Notes under the pieces: generated by a model
Databases searched by the model: none
The model's input: the letters and a program-made list of their open reading frames with translations, nothing else
What the model was told of the DNA's origin: nothing
Position numbers and translations under genes: made by a program
Part shown: positions 1 through 12,320 of the stretch, in pieces
Position numbering within the stretch: position 1 is the stretch's first letter
Layout: the number at the start of each line of letters is the position of its first letter
Assembly (NCBI GenBank): GCA_964270895.1
Contig: OZ185435.1
Source: Podarcis filfolensis
Taxonomy: Eukaryota
Strand: one strand, 5' to 3'
DNA: 64,000 nt

Positions 1-117
1 GGGAAAAGATGATCCATGTACCAAAATGCTGTGAGTTTGATTCCACAACAGATTCACTGCTAAAATTAACAGATATGTGTACACTTCCTTATTTGCACTT
101 GGTCAACCTGTATTAAA

Positions 118-300
118 ATTCATGGAGGATAAGACTATCAATGTTAACTGGTCATGATGGCTATGTTCTGCCTCCACTGTCAGAGGCAGTATGTTTCTGA
201 ATACCAGGTGCTGGGAAGTACAAGTGGGGCACTCAGGGCTCCCTTGTCTGTGGTTGGCCATTGTGAGACCAGGATGCTGGTCCAGCATCTTACGTTCTTA
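118..300 (+). mobile_element. CR1-type LINE 3' end fragment
   Basis: gaggataagactatcaatg...caggatgctgg...tacgttctta resembles the recalled squamate CR1 tail. Confidence 0.6.
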
Positions 301-621
301 AGAGTTCATTCAAGGGATCGGGAAGAGTGAATAGTACCATCCTGATGGAGCTACTGTCATAATGGAGGATGGTACCTCCTCCAGATGGATGTGAATAATT
401 TCTGTCTGTCTGTCTTCCTCACGTCAAAATCTCACTGCATAGGGAAAGCTAATGTGTCTGTGAATCTTTGGATTAGGATTGTAGGACTAGCAGGGAAGAA
501 GAGGAAACACATGCCACATTTCAAGCAGTTCTCCCTGTCTGTCTTTGTAGAAAAGTGCCCACATTTTGCTATCTGTTCTCTTCTTAATACGTATCATGCT
601 TGCTGCGTAGTCCATTTAGAA

Positions 622-746
622 CAGAGACAGGGAATCTGTGGCCTCCATATGTTATTGGACTCTACCTCTCATCAGTCCCAGTCAGCATGGTCAGAGGTCA
701 GCAGGGATGGTGGGGCATCTGGACAGCCACAGATTTCCCATTCCTG
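622..746. mobile_element. Short hAT/Charlie-like MITE (ctcccatcatccc family)
   Basis: Imperfect terminal inverted repeats (gggaatctgtggc / gccacagatttccc); related copies elsewhere in the window. Confidence 0.6.
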
Positions 747-885
747 ACTATAGTAGCTACTGTAAGGAGTACACAAAGTGCTTTTGCGGAATGGTGAGTG
801 GATGCTGGTAGTGGAAGAAGCTCACAAAATAAGCTGTGTTCACAATTAAATGGGAAGATTCAAATCAAGTGCTCATTTGTTACAG

Positions 886-1016
886 AAATATAACAATGAC
901 TGGTGGATAGGAAGATTAGTTAAAGAAGGCTGCGAGATTGGCTTCATTCCAAGCCCACTTAGGCTGGAAAACATCAGGATCCAGCAGGAGCAGAAGAGAG
1001 GGCGTTTTCATGGAGG
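886..1016 (+). CDS. CACNB4: CACNB4 coding exon 5 (SH3 domain; [43 protein letters not shown])
   Basis: Manual translation matches Cav beta-4; ttacag acceptor, gtaaga donor; 131 nt. Confidence 0.97.
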
Positions 1017-1262
1017 GTAAGATAAAAACACTTCTTTTACTCATAGACAAATCTGAGTGCGGCCTCTGCGTTATTAGCTGGTTTTGCCTTTTCAGTAAGT
1101 TACTCAGGATGGCCTTTGTTTACTCAAGGTGAGGAACGGACATTTTGGGGTTTGGAAAGTGGCAGGAAAATTCACTGAAAATGTGGGGGTGAACGAGAGT
1201 TTAAATGCCAGGCAAGATGTATAAACACCGTTCAAGCAAATCATCATGAGGGCTTATTATGA

Positions 1263-1512
1263 GGGAGCCAACGTGGTATAGTGGTTAAGAGTGGTAGTCT
1301 CATAATCTGGTGAACTGGGTTCGCGTCTCTGCTCCTCCACATGCAGCTTCTGGGTGACCTTGGGCTAGTCACACTTCTTTGAAGTCTCTCAGCCTCACTC
1401 ACCTCACAGAGTGTTTGTTGTGGGGGAGGAAAGGAAAGGAGAATGTTAGCTGCTTTGAGACTCCTTAGGGTACTGATAAAGCGGGATATCAAATCCAAAC
1501 TCTTCTTCTCTT
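1263..1512 (+). mobile_element. tRNA-headed MIR/CORE-derived SINE with L2-type tail (Squam3-like)
   Basis: A box tggtatagtggt, B-box-like gggttcgcg, core gtgaccttgggctagtcac, tail aaagcgggatatcaaatc plus (ctt)n; candidate TSD cttattat at 1253-1260 and 1513-1520. Confidence 0.8.
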
Positions 1513-2019
1513 CTTATTATATAATCACCCCACAAACAAATCAGAAGGAATGCTCATGAAAGACCTGATGTAGCCTAACCTCTGCATAACCTTTATGTAG
1601 GCAAACCATGACGAATTCATAGAGAATTTCAGAGCAGTGAGGGAAATCCTCAAAGTCAGTGCAATTCTTTTGCCACACAATTGGGGCCTAAGAAAATTGG
1701 CTGATTTGGTAGTCTTTGTAGAGAATTGTGTGTGACTGAATAATTAGAAGAATATCGAAAGATGATCTGTCTACAAATGTAACTTACTGACCAGAGAGTA
1801 TGGAAACAATGAGATTAAAGGGGGCATAATTGCATTTCTCTGCCTTGTAGTTATTTTATTATAATTTGTATGCGGAATCTTCATTTTATCAACTTCTTCT
1901 TCACTTATCCTTATGCGTATTTATTCAGTGTCTCTTTTTCCCTTATGGGAGAAAGAATGGACAGATAAGTCTGTGTGTTCTTTAATAAAATCGAAACCCT
2001 GTTGAGTATCATCCTCTGA

Positions 2020-2157
<138 letters not shown>

Positions 2158-3216
2158 TGAAGTCACTTAAATTTTAAAGGTAACTTTGATTGTGGAGGCA
2201 GGATACCATCTATTGTGCAATCCTAGTTCAAACCTGCATTCATGCTAGTAGGGTTACTGTGGGTGATGGAAGAAAGCAGCTGCATACATTGAATTAATTG
2301 CAGCTTTGAAGGATTTTTGAGCCGAGCTTACGGTTTATAAGGAGTAAATATAATAAATTTTAACTTGAGAAATGGGTATATCAAAATGGATATGTAAAGA
2401 AAAAAAAACCCAGTTACTGCAGCTGTTCTGCTTTCTGCATAGGATACATCTTATAGCTGTTTTTGATCTGTTGCTGCTTTTGAATAATGCCTGTGAAAAT
2501 AAACTTTGGTTGTAAAAATGGTCCTTGTTGGTTTGTGACCAATGAAAATGTTTTTACTGACTTCTAAGCAGGCCCTAGAGAAGTAGGCTTGCAGCTGAAT
2601 TTTGCTTTATACCATATCGAATGTGCTGGTGCCCTTGAAACCTCCCAGCAGCAATGAGGGGGCTGCTTGTATCTGAGTAGATCGTCACCTGGCTGTGGGC
2701 TGCATCTAAATGCCTCTGCTTTGTGGGTTCAGCCAACTGCATGAGTCTTTGCTACTGACATGTTGTTGGGGGGGGGGAGGAGAGACCCATGTGATTGTGC
2801 GTGCGTGCGTGCGCGCACCCACCCACACACCCACACACCACAGCCCAGGCTTGGGTCATTTAGATGCCCGCCTCACTGGAAGTCACTGCATGTGACTAAG
2901 AGGAGATTTGAAGAGTACTACTACCTAAGGCGAAGGAAACCCTTTGGTTCTAGATGAATTGTGGTGGAGGGTGGGATCCTGAACTGGGGGTCCTGGGGTG
3001 AACATGAATGGAACGAGCAACTGAAATGCACTCATCAGACTAAGCAATACTGCTTCTTCAGAAGGAAGTCAAGAGATGTGCCAATTCATTACTGTTAGCT
3101 TTTCTAATTGTTTCGGCTACCATCAGATGGAATTGCTGTGCAACGCATAGTTTGCATGCTGCGTGACTTTTTACATGGTTAAGCGAAGTAATATTTATTT
3201 TTTATTGATCTTTCAG

Positions 3217-3236
3217 CAAAACAGAAACAGAAAGTG
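3217..3236 (+). CDS. CACNB4: CACNB4 20-nt microexon 7 (AKQKQKV)
   Basis: tttcag|caaaacagaaacagaaagtg|gtaagt; restores the frame between exons 6 and 8; AKQKQKV is the beta-4 form. Confidence 0.95.
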
Positions 3237-3331
3237 GTAAGTATACAAACTCCCACCTTGTGCCCTGTAGAAATAGCATACAATATTCATTCAAGACAAT
3301 ACATTTATTGGACATGCCATTCTTGTTTTAG

Positions 3332-3436
<105 letters not shown>

Positions 3437-4276
3437 TAAACTCTTTGCTTGGTCCGCCCTTCACAACTCTCTTTGCTGCTCTTCCCCCCCCCCCCGAACC
3501 ATTGAAGTACTGGGTGGGTGCTGCTGCTGCTTTTGAATGAGAACCAGGCTCAGTTCCCTATAAGCAATTAACCATTTGCACATGGTTAATTACCCAAAAT
3601 GCACTGCTCTGGCCTATGGATTTCCATCTACATTCCTGGTAGGACCATAGATCTATAAAATCTAGAGTGGGGCGACTGCTCACATCTGGATTGCCAGAAG
3701 TGGACCACCAGTTCCCACAGCTTTATTCCCTGATCTGATCACTCTGCCTGCTTTTTTGGGGAGAAATGGACAGTTTAATATATGCGAAGTGAAGCACTTG
3801 CTTTAAGCTGCTGAGTAATACAGCTTAGAGAACATGGTTTTTAAAAATTAAAATAATAAAACTAATGTTCTTATCTTGATCTCCCTCCCAGGGCAGTTTA
3901 AAACCTGTTCAGATTGAATCTTGCACTGTGGGGTTAAAGGGTAGAAACCCTCTCATTTCTGCATATTGCCAACAAAGTTTGGGGAGTGTTGTGAATATCC
4001 TTTTTATTTATGAGGGAAGCAGAGCTCTCGCTTTGGAGTATCTCATTTGCAAATGTTGGGAAGAGTCAATGTATTTAATTCCTTCTGTATAGCTAGAAAG
4101 TGGATTTGTCAGTCGAAGGAGATCTGACCAATGAGGGTATCCCATAGCTGAAATGTTCACACCAATGTAATGGGCATTGGCTGTTCAGAAATGTCTTTAC
4201 TTTCCAACTCTTTTCTTACCTCGGACTTCTTTATCTCTGTTCTCAATCCTTCCTCAATATTCCTCATCCCTGAAAG

Positions 4277-4335
4277 GTGACAGACATGATGCAGAAAGCC
4301 CTGTTTGACTTCCTGAAGCACAGGTTTGATGGGAG
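4277..4335 (+). CDS. CACNB4: CACNB4 coding exon 9 (GK domain; VTDMMQKALFDFLKHRFDG)
   Basis: Translation match; tgaaag/gtgagg; 59 nt. Confidence 0.97.
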
Positions 4336-5128
4336 GTGAGGAATAAAGTTCTCTTTCATGTTTCCTGCCCTGTATGAATGATTCCATCTGGAACTTCCAT
4401 CTGGATTGCTTCCATTGTATGTGTCAACATAGTCCCCTAGCTCTTGCTTATATTCTTTCATTTAACCTTGGAACATGGCCTTCTTAATTATTTGCATTAA
4501 TTATGTTGCATTACTGTGTTCGGCTGCATAACTGCATAGATCTAACAACAGAATCAAATCTTGAACCTGGATGAATGAATGCTAAAAGTTGAAATAGATG
4601 GAATGTAGTTGTCTTTCTTCTCAAGAAAAATGCAGTGCCCAACTTAGAGAAATCATTGTTGCCATACAATGCATAATCAAGGGTCTAAAAAGTGACTTTT
4701 TCTACAGCACATTAATTTTCTGCGCATGTTAATGACCCGAGTTGACCAAACCTCTGCAGAACCACAATATTTTTAAAAAGGTGGTGTAATAAATTCAATT
4801 TGATTGATTTCAATTTGATTGATTGATTTTAAACATTTAAAAATCAGTATACAAAAATGCAACATAAAAGGAGTATCATCAAAAACAAGGTGCAACATAA
4901 AATCCAGTAAAACAGTATTATACTTGCTGAGAATAATGGTTGACCCCAAAATAGCTGGCCTGTCCCAAAGAGCTGCTAATTTGGAGCTGCCAGCTATTGT
5001 TTCATGGCATTTCAAATTGTCCAGGGTAAGGGTTCAAAACAAAGATTACATTACTAAGATTTCTTATTTGTAGGCAGATGAGGGTAAGAGGGAGACTTTT
5101 GCCCCCTCGTAAAGCAATAATGGATGAG

Positions 5129-5205
5129 TAAGAACATAAGTGCCATGCTGGATCAAGCCACAGGACCGTCAAGTCCAACCTCCCGTTTTCACACTGGCCA
5201 ACTAG
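5129..5205 (-). mobile_element. CR1-type 3' tail fragment
   Basis: taagaacataag...gccatgctggatca is the reverse complement of the CR1 terminal motif. Confidence 0.55.
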
Positions 5206-6683
5206 ATTTTTTTTTAAATTTCATTTTTTGTTGCCTTTTGCATGAAAAATGACCCAAAGCAACTGGCAAGGTAATACATACATTAAAAATGAAGTATAAA
5301 AAACCCGAAACAAGGAAAACACATCCTGTATATAGGCACACAACCCGCTCCACTAAAAAGTGAGCAAGAAAGAGGCCACAAATATACCTAATACCTTTCA
5401 AACTAAGGTCCAAATAGGTGAAAATAAACTACTTTTTGACAGAAAAGTGGGCTTCTTTGCAGCTTATTATGCTTACCTATCAGTGTTGTGATTCTTGCAC
5501 AAAATTTACAATACAGTGATGTAGATGAGTGGAACTGGGTGTCTAGTTCCAGATGCCACTATTTTTGTAAAGGGAGGGTTTTTTTCATGCCTAATTGCTA
5601 CATGCTTAATGGCTAGGCTGGACTTTAGCCTATCATTCAAATGGCTGCTCTACAAAATGTGCACTCTTGTCAGCCACATTTCCTGCTTTTTTGCTGCTTC
5701 AGTCAAGCTTTTACTTTCTCCAGAAAGATTCATTTGCTCACTGCTTTTGCTGTCTGAATGATTCTTGGTCGACTCCATAGTAATTTCACAAGCACACTTC
5801 TTGGCAAACAGCAGGAAACATCTGGAAGAAAGATGTGCAGGGAATAGTCACAATCATAGATGTTGATTTTATTTTACTTTACTTTACAACTTTCTTCTCA
5901 TCAGAGTGACATATTGGTGGTAAAAACATTATTTGGCAAGGCCTTATTAATCTCCAAAGTAATGATGGGTGAGCAGTTCTGAATGGTTTGAACTTGAGCA
6001 ACGCGGGTGCACACACATTAAAATAAATCATTTTGGAAGATAAGATGCACCCATTCTAAAGTTTGGGCCCATTGTAATTCCCCATGACCTTATCAGGATT
6101 CAATGGCATTCAGTTGTAATCCAGTCTCAATATCTCATCTTGGAGCCCCTCTGCTGCTGCTTGATCTCCTCCTTCCTTTACAGTTATCTGGGAGTAGCAG
6201 TGGCAGCTGGGGCTCAAAGTGGGGATCCTGTTAACCCCTAGACACATGCTTGCATGGTAACTGGTGGGCAGCAAATATCAACAGCTTCCAGGCCAGCGTC
6301 AAGGTTCCTGGTTGACATGGTTACTGCTAACCAGCATCTGGAGGTGGCAGGAAACATAGGAACTATATAAAGGCATCAGTAACCGTGGTTTTAAATGCAT
6401 TCCCCGTGCTTTCTGGTGGTCCTAGATGCTACTGCATTTGTGCACCAGTGTTAAAGGTCTACACCTGGGGTCTAACAAACGTAACTCTGTGGTCCCTTGT
6501 TGCTACTGCTACCACCAAACAAGGGAGAGCTGTGTGGTTAGTGCTGAGCATAATGTAGGGCAGGGCAAGCCTGTGGGAAAGCCTGAGTGATGGCAGAATT
6601 TGGGGTCTCAAATGTCTGTGATGCCCTGTTAATCCGTGAGTTCACCATACAGAACCCTCTAGTTAAAAATTCTGGTGGCAACA

Positions 6684-6728
6684 GTACTCATGGGCAATTT
6701 TCTGGTACTCATGGGCAATTTTCTGGTA
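6684..6728. repeat. Tandem repeat, 21-bp unit x2
   Basis: gtactcatgggcaattttctg twice, perfect. Confidence 0.95.
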
Positions 6729-6853
6729 AACATAGATGTATGGCATTGTCCCTCAGCATTCAATATTTTCTGCATCAGGATGCAGCCATATACAATGATT
6801 TCAGTGGAAATTGGAGAGCATTGTTGGTGTAAGTTCCTGAATGCATTCAAAAC

Positions 6854-6952
6854 TGGGAGCAACAGCTATAGATGCAGCGGTGTTCATGGGAGCAACAGCT
6901 ATAGATGCAGCGGTGTTCATGGGAGCAACAGCTATAGATGCAGCGGTGTTCA
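6854..6952. repeat. Minisatellite, 33-bp unit x3 perfect
   Basis: tgggagcaacagctatagatgcagcggtgttca three times, head to tail, no spacers. Confidence 0.97.
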
Positions 6953-7044
6953 TATATAATACAAGAGCTAGCGATATTAATTATTGTGTCAGCTATTTTT
7001 TAAAAAACCAGACTTTGGAAACTAGAGGCCTCCAAATGGTAATG

Positions 7045-7130
7045 CCATCTTGTTTGTTTGTTTCACAAGGCTTATATACTGCTTGATTGTAATAAAGCCT
7101 CAAAGCGGCTTACAAAAAGAATTGAACAAC
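7045..7130 (-). mobile_element. L2-type LINE/SINE 3' tail
   Basis: ttgtttgtttg...ttatatactgcttgattgta...ctcaaagcggcttaca. Confidence 0.5.
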
Positions 7131-7677
7131 ATTATCTGCAAAAACAATAACAACCTATCTAAAGCATTCATAAAGTAATTTCTAAGCTGCCATTTTGTTG
7201 GATTTATTTCAGCCAAAGCTTTCCTGTTATATGTTTAACACACTTAAAAAACTGATTGTGAAACTCAAAATAGCTCTAATTGCAACCTGGCACATGACTA
7301 CCTATCGGAAGTAGAGAAAATTTAAACAGTGTACAGAACAAAGTGCTGAGGGCAGCCAACATTCGCTCAGTAGTGAGAAATAAAACTGCTGTTTGGAGAT
7401 GGCAGTGCCCAGAAAAAGAGTGTGTCCTCTGTTTGCTTCAAAAGCACCAAACAGAAAACCATCCAAGCAAACAGAAAACAATCATTTTCCACTGAAGCTG
7501 AGATGCATTTTAATTGATATGTGCTTGGTTTGAAACAATTTTAGAATGGTACATCTTTGTCTATATACTAACAGCAAAGATTATCTGAATGTAGCCTTAT
7601 GTAGTTAAAAAAAGCACCACCAATGCATGAGGAGAAAATACCAGCAGGCTCAGAAAATGCCCAAGGTTTGCATAAGT

Positions 7678-7745
7678 GTGTGTGAGAGAGAGAGAGACAG
7701 AGAGAAAGAGAGCGGGAGGAAGAGGGAGGGAGGGGGAGAGAAAGC
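7678..7745. repeat. (GT)n/(GA)n purine-rich simple repeat
   Basis: Directly visible. Confidence 0.9.
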
Positions 7746-7905
7746 AATTAAAGGAGGGGGTTGTAAACACAAGAACAGCTTAGGGGTCCTTGAATTCTGA
7801 CTGACGGCTGAGAGAAAGAAAAATGGAAGACTGGAGGCAGGAAGGAGGAATAAAATGGAGAAGCAGCTAGAACCCTGGACATGATCACTCCACTGTGTAA
7901 CCGTG

Positions 7906-8013
7906 CAGTTGTTGCTGCACTGTAACTCCCATCAGCCCCAGTCATCTTTGCCAATGGTGATGGATGATGGGAGTTGCAGTCCAGCAACATTTGGAGGGCC
8001 ACAGGTTCGCCAT
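7906..8013. mobile_element. hAT-like MITE (ctcccatc family)
   Basis: ctgtaactcccatcagcc...gatgggagttgcagtccagcaacatttggagggccacag. Confidence 0.6.
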
Positions 8014-8038
8014 GAGATAATGTAGGTGAAGGCCTATA

Positions 8039-8280
8039 CAGTGCTACCTCAGGTTAAGTACTTAATTGGTTCCGGAGGTCCGTACTTAACCTGAAACTGT
8101 TCTTAACCTGAAGCACCACTTTAGCTAATGGGGCCTCCTGCTGCTGCCACGCCGCCGGAGCACGATTTCTGTTCTCATCCTGAAGCAAAGTTCTTAACCT
8201 GAGGTAATATTTCTGGATTAGCAGAGTCTGTAACCTGAAGCGTATGTAACCTGAAGTGTATGTAACCCGAGATACCACTG
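8039..8280. mobile_element. Tc1/mariner-type MITE
   Basis: TIRs cagtgctacctcaggtta / taacccgagataccactg; TA on both flanks; internal taacctgaag repeats. Confidence 0.85.
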
Positions 8281-8442
8281 TAAGCTCTAGTGTGTCATAG
8301 TGATATGAGGGAAATGAGGATTGTGGGATTTGTGTTAAATGTTGTCTCCTCCCATCCATGCATAGACTTTGTTGTTCAATCAAGTGAAACCTTACCTGTC
8401 TTCTGTCAATAAAATACTTGGTTTGCACAGCATTCCCAGTGA

Positions 8443-8570
8443 TAACCAGGGCTTTTTAAAAAAAGCTGGAACTCACTGGAACTCACAGGTGGGCGCCATT
8501 CCCATTATAAGAGAATAAGGGAGGCATTCATGGTGAGAACTGGCACTTCATTTTCTAGAAAATAGCACTG
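8443..8570. mobile_element. hAT-like MITE
   Basis: cagggcttt...aaaatagcactg termini; tggaactcac direct repeat. Confidence 0.5.
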
Positions 8571-8584
8571 GATAATCCAATCAG

Positions 8585-8665
8585 AATAGCGCTGTTGTGG
8601 AGCATCCGCTTTGTTGGCAGAAGGCCCCAGGTTCAGTCCCTGGCATCGCCAGGCAGAACTAGAAA
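8585..8665 (+). mobile_element. tRNA-derived SINE head fragment
   Basis: gcatccgctttg...gaaggccccaggttcagtccctggcatc; same family as 62628. Confidence 0.55.
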
Positions 8666-10105
8666 TGACCCCACACCAGTGGTTTTCAACCCTCTTTTGG
8701 TTGAGGAACCCCCCTGCAACATGTCATGATGTCCTGTCAGACCTCCAAGGCTGTCTCCCTCCCTCACACACAATAAGTCATCTAAATCAGTTGTGACATA
8801 TACCCTGCCTGCTTTGTCACACTACACAATTTTTTGACTATTCAGCACTGAAGGCTACAAGATGTGGCAGGAGACTAGATCACACTATGTTGTTACTCAT
8901 GGACACTCCCATTGTTGGAGGGACGGGTTATTGGCCAAGACAAGAGCGGGGAAATGAAGTTCCTAAGGTGGGAGATTTTCAAATTTCACTGAACCATCTT
9001 GGGATGTTTTTGGGACTCTTCCAGTTAAGAAGCACAACACTGTGTTCTGTAGTGTGTTTTATGACCCAAATTTGAAATGCACTGGGCTGATTATTTGTTT
9101 ATTTTGTTCACCCTTGGGATTTCATCTTTCCCCTTTCACCTTTCTCCTCATCTTCCCAGCTGAGGTAATTAATATATTGTGTATGAGGAGGACACTAGCT
9201 AAACTTGTGCTCCCTATCTTTGAATGAAGTTCTGAAAACCCCTCAAAAGTAACATCAGCGGTTCCACAATCCGCTCTCACGTATGTCAGGCTAGTTTTGT
9301 TTGTACGCCTTCCACTGATGCGCTTAGACCAGCAGCCAACCCACTAGGTCTTAAAACTATGCCAAGATCTGACAGGGCCTTATGAAACACTTTTTTCAAA
9401 ACAGAATTTATCCACATATTTTTACCCTGTCATTCTGTCCCTAAACATATGAAGGAGGAATGATATATTCCATGACAAGCTGGAAAGTTTTTGAACTGAG
9501 TTCCTGAGGGAATACCCGAGTCCAACAGTTCTTACTCTGAATATGTTTCCTAATGCAAAATGTTAACACCACACGCACAACATGCGCCCAGCTGTGCGAG
9601 TATCAAAGCCCTTCATAACCATCAGTAGTAGCTTCATACTGTGAATTCTTGCATGTCAGGAAGCTCAGGCTCCCCCCCCCCTTGGAAAAACAATGTCGCT
9701 GTTTCTGGATTATCATTGCAAATCATTTATTTCAATAACAGAGCATTAGGCCTTGGGATATTTCCAAGCCTTTGGGTCAAATATTGGTACTGGTGAGGGC
9801 CGTGCTGTGTCCTTTGTGTGTTTATGGGGAGGTATACATACACAACTGGAATATTGATGTGGTCTGTGGCTTCACGAAACAGCTTGAACAGGAAAGCTGG
9901 ACTAGAAATGTAAACAAGATGTGCTGGTTATGTTCATAAAATGGAGATCCTGCCAACCTTTTTTCTGAGCCTGGCACAATTTTGGAACCCTGCCACTTCT
10001 CACTTTTTGGAACACAAATCTCTTGTGTAGCTGAAGGACACTGTCTTTGGCTGTAGGTGGAGAATCCATGGTTTTTTAAATTGCTGTTCCGTAAGGGGAA
10101 TTTAT

Positions 10106-10183
10106 GGGACGCGGGTGGTGCTGTGGGTTAAATCACAGAGCCTAGGACTTGCCGATCAGAAGGTCGGCAGTTCGAATCCCCGC
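10106..10183 (+). mobile_element. Sauria SINE (Squam1) 5' tRNA-like head, truncated
   Basis: gggacgcgggtggtgctgtgggttaaatcacagagcctaggacttgccgatcagaaggtcggcagttcgaatccc matches the recalled lacertid Sauria SINE start; body and BovB tail absent. Confidence 0.8.
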
Positions 10184-10570
10184 TGTTGTGGGCAGCTATA
10201 TCCTGGGGTAGTTCTGAATCCATTAGCTCTTCAGGGTTACTGGTAGTGTGTGACTGCTGGAGGGTTGTGCCCTGATGTGGCAACCAAAGTTGGCAAAATT
10301 GCTCTGATCCCCCTCTGAGGAGACCCCAATCAGGTTTAAGGTCTGAGCAAAGCTGAATCCAGACTGGCTTTTACCAACTTTGCTTGACACACCAGCTGTG
10401 TCCCCTTACAGGAATGAGGTGATCTGGTTACAGTTGTCACACACCCTGGTAGCATCTAGGTAGACTTGATAAATGTCGTGCATTATACGTGAGGCTGCTG
10501 TGAAAAAAGGTGCCTGGAAACATCAGCTGGTTCAAAACATGGGAGTCGGAATCTTAACTGGTCTTAAAAG

Positions 10571-11050
10571 TAGGCATGGGGGAGAAATTCATTCAGTCCA
10601 TTTGCCAAACCTTCCAGAACCAGTACATGAACTGTAACACAGCATTTCCTCGACATTCACCATTATCTAAATTTTGTGATGCAATTCTGCAATCAAATAA
10701 AACGTATAAAAATGATTTTTTTATTTATTTCACAAGATATCATTTGATTGTAATGAAACCCCCAAGTATTTTACGAAAAGAATAAAACAAGAAAATTATC
10801 CAAAAAACCCCGTTAAAAATAAATATTAAAAACAATTCAAAAAGTACACATGCAGAATGTATATTGATGAAAAGAGCATACAAAAATGTATTGTATTAGA
10901 AAAAAATTACTTGCAAAAATGCATATTTTGGGGAAAACGTGGTTCAAAATGTGTATGAATATCCATGGGGGCCCTTCCAGCTCCACGATTCTGTGATTCA
11001 GAACTTCTCAAAAATTGAGAAACTGAAGTTGGCAGATTTGCCCACCCCTA
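10571..11050. mobile_element. Non-autonomous hAT-like element, AT-rich, with a short CR1 tail inside (about 10965-11000)
   Basis: Imperfect TIRs taggcatggg / cccaccccta; flanks cttaaaag vs cttataaa (6/8, degenerate 8-bp TSD); related to 60040-60352. Confidence 0.5.
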
Positions 11051-12027
11051 CTTATAAATGATCTTATATTTTCAGATCTTTATTGGATCCCAATTTGTTT
11101 CCAGGCACAATTCTCAGTTTGCTTCCAGGCACAAAACTACTTTTGATTCATAAATTCCTATTGTTAACTCCTTTCCTATTTTATTGCGCATCTTTCATTG
11201 AACTTGAAAGCTTCCTTTTAGACTTTTAACAGTAGAAATGCATCATTGTAAGTTATTTAGGGGCAGTCATTTTTGTCTTTGCTCTTGTGGTTTTATTGTA
11301 TCTGTTTTGAACTGAGTACTGTCCTTTTACTGATGGGTGGTTTATGAATGGACTTAAACAAAGTTTGAAGCTGGTGACACATCCCCAAGCTTCCTTCTTA
11401 CCATTGGTGGGTCCTGTTCTGGTTGTTGTTGTTGTTGTTTTAAAAGAAATCATGCATTCCTTGTTCAAGGGGTCAACTGATTTCACCCTTCCCATGTTAG
11501 CTACATGGATCTCTTTGTTGGTGCAACAGACTCCTTGAGTTACCTTCTTTGGGCCAAAACGTCAGATACAACTAAAGTTGTGTGTGGTTGTTCTGGCTCC
11601 CATGTTTCCCAACATAGGAGCAGGGACCTGCCAATTAGCCCAGCTCCACTGGTCTTCATGTGAAGAGTATGAGTGACTGCAGTGACAGAGCACTGTGCAT
11701 GAAGGAGGTTCCTTTCAACCTAGAACGCTGATAGTGCAGGATTTTGGGTCATGCAGAATCTTCTGTGCATGCAGTTGTATACCCAAAGGCTCGTACATTG
11801 CAGGTGGCTGTTCTCTTTGCACGAAAGGTGATGGACTACTTTGCACATCCTTGCTCCTACGCTGATGAACAAGGGAGCAAGGGTCCCTGAATGGGGATGA
11901 AGTTTAGTCTAATCTGACTCCCAAATGTGTTTGTGACACCAGGAGTTGAGGCACTATTGAGAAAAGCTTATGTCCAGAGAAGCTGTTGCTCCTCCTTACT
12001 CTGCCATAGATCAGAAAAGTATAAGTA

Positions 12028-12269
12028 CAGTCATACCTTGGTTCTTGAACGGCTTAGTTGTCGAACAAATCGGCTCCCGAACGCCACAAACCCAGAAGTC
12101 AGTGTTATGGTTTTCGAACATATTTTGGGAGCCGAACGTCCGACGCAGCTTCTGCTTGAGTGCAGGAAGCTCCTACAGCCAATCGGAAGTCTTGCCTTGG
12201 TTTTTGAACAGTTTCAGGAGTCGAATGGACTTCCGTAACAGATTAAGTTCAAGAACCAAGGTTCCACTG
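12028..12269 (+). mobile_element. Tc1/mariner-type MITE, family shared with 34668 (strand arbitrary)
   Basis: 23-bp TIRs cagtcataccttggttcttgaac / gttcaagaaccaaggttccactg (20/23); TA flanks. Confidence 0.88.
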
Positions 12270-12295
12270 TATAGCAGAATATTCTTGCACACATG

Positions 12296-12320
12296 CACAC
12301 ACACACACACACACACACAA
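12296..12320. repeat. (CA)n microsatellite
   Basis: Directly visible. Confidence 0.9.

Noticed and set aside
1263-1340. tRNA genes at SINE heads (also 10106, 36192, 62628)
   Set aside because: A and B boxes are present but there is no complete cloverleaf, and most continue into SINE bodies
6854-6952. CRISPR-like 33-bp repeats
   Set aside because: Contiguous units with no spacers, no cas genes, and a vertebrate intron context
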